Shown in pieces: positions 35,079 through 35,407 of a DNA stretch of 35,407 nt. Source of the DNA: Nitrosopumilus sp. (GTDB lineage Archaea > Thermoproteota > Nitrososphaeria > Nitrososphaerales > Nitrosopumilaceae); NCBI GenBank assembly GCA_036013185.1, contig DASCQR010000040.1:1-35407 (forward strand). Reading direction: 5' to 3'. Positions within the stretch are counted from its first letter, which is position 1. Every line of letters starts with the position of its first letter. The translations under genes were made by a program, and so were the position numbers. The notes under the pieces were generated by a model that was not told where the DNA came from, did not search any database, and saw nothing but the letters and a program-made list of their open reading frames with translations.

Positions 35079-35407
35079 AAAATTTACAGAAGAACCATAT
35101 TCTAAAATTTTAGGATATCCAAACGCAACTAATCGTCAAATTAAATTAAGAATTACTGAATTAGAAAAATTGAAAATAAAATCTATTTGTTTAACAGGTC
35201 CAACTACAATTGGAAATTTAGAAATTTTAGGAAAAGGGTATGTTGGAGTTGTTGTACTTGTAAAAAGAGGAAATAAGGAAGTTGCATTAAAAATTAGAAG
35301 AACTGATTCTCAAAGAGAAAACATGAAAAATGAATCAATATTATTAAAATTAGTTAATTCAGTTAGTGTTGGTCCAAAAATGATTGATGTCAGTAAGAAT
35401 TTTTTAG
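35053..35407 (+). CDS. Ser/Thr protein kinase (COG2112-like), 3' end outside window
   Basis: Not in ORF track. MAHSFISIKK...LGYP...LGKGYVGVV...VALKIRRTDS...E: Gly loop, VAxK Lys and helix-C Glu; overlaps the cca end by 26 nt. Confidence 0.85.
   Translation, partial: MAHSFISIKKFTEEPYSKILGYPNATNRQIKLRITELEKLKIKSICLTGPTTIGNLEILGKGYVGVVVLVKRGNKEVALKIRRTDSQRENMKNESILLKLVNSVSVGPKMIDVSKNFL

Overview
AT-rich, gene-dense chromosomal segment of a marine ammonia-oxidising archaeon (Nitrososphaerota, most like Nitrosopumilaceae). The assignment rests on archaeal PCNA/TFS/Rpo11/CCA/TyrS, a PEFG-CTERM protein, cobalamin genes (bluB, cbiH) and frequent TTG/GTG starts. Most of the window is housekeeping: NAD, B12, amino-acid and PRPP metabolism, tRNA processing, replication and transcription. 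There are two tRNAs, Val-GAC and Arg-CCT, the latter with a 19-nt D-loop intron. I see no CRISPR array, transposase or integrase. The ORF track misses four small ORFs: a Cys/His-rich metallothionein-like peptide, a zinc-finger microprotein and a tandem paralogous pair. The best candidate system is mscS-like / kamA-like / glnA, a possible beta-glutamate or beta-glutamine osmolyte module; the aminomutase has lost the acidic lysine-binding residues and glnA has a perfect 9-9-9 inverted repeat in front of it. All calls come from motif recognition by eye; no database searches were run.
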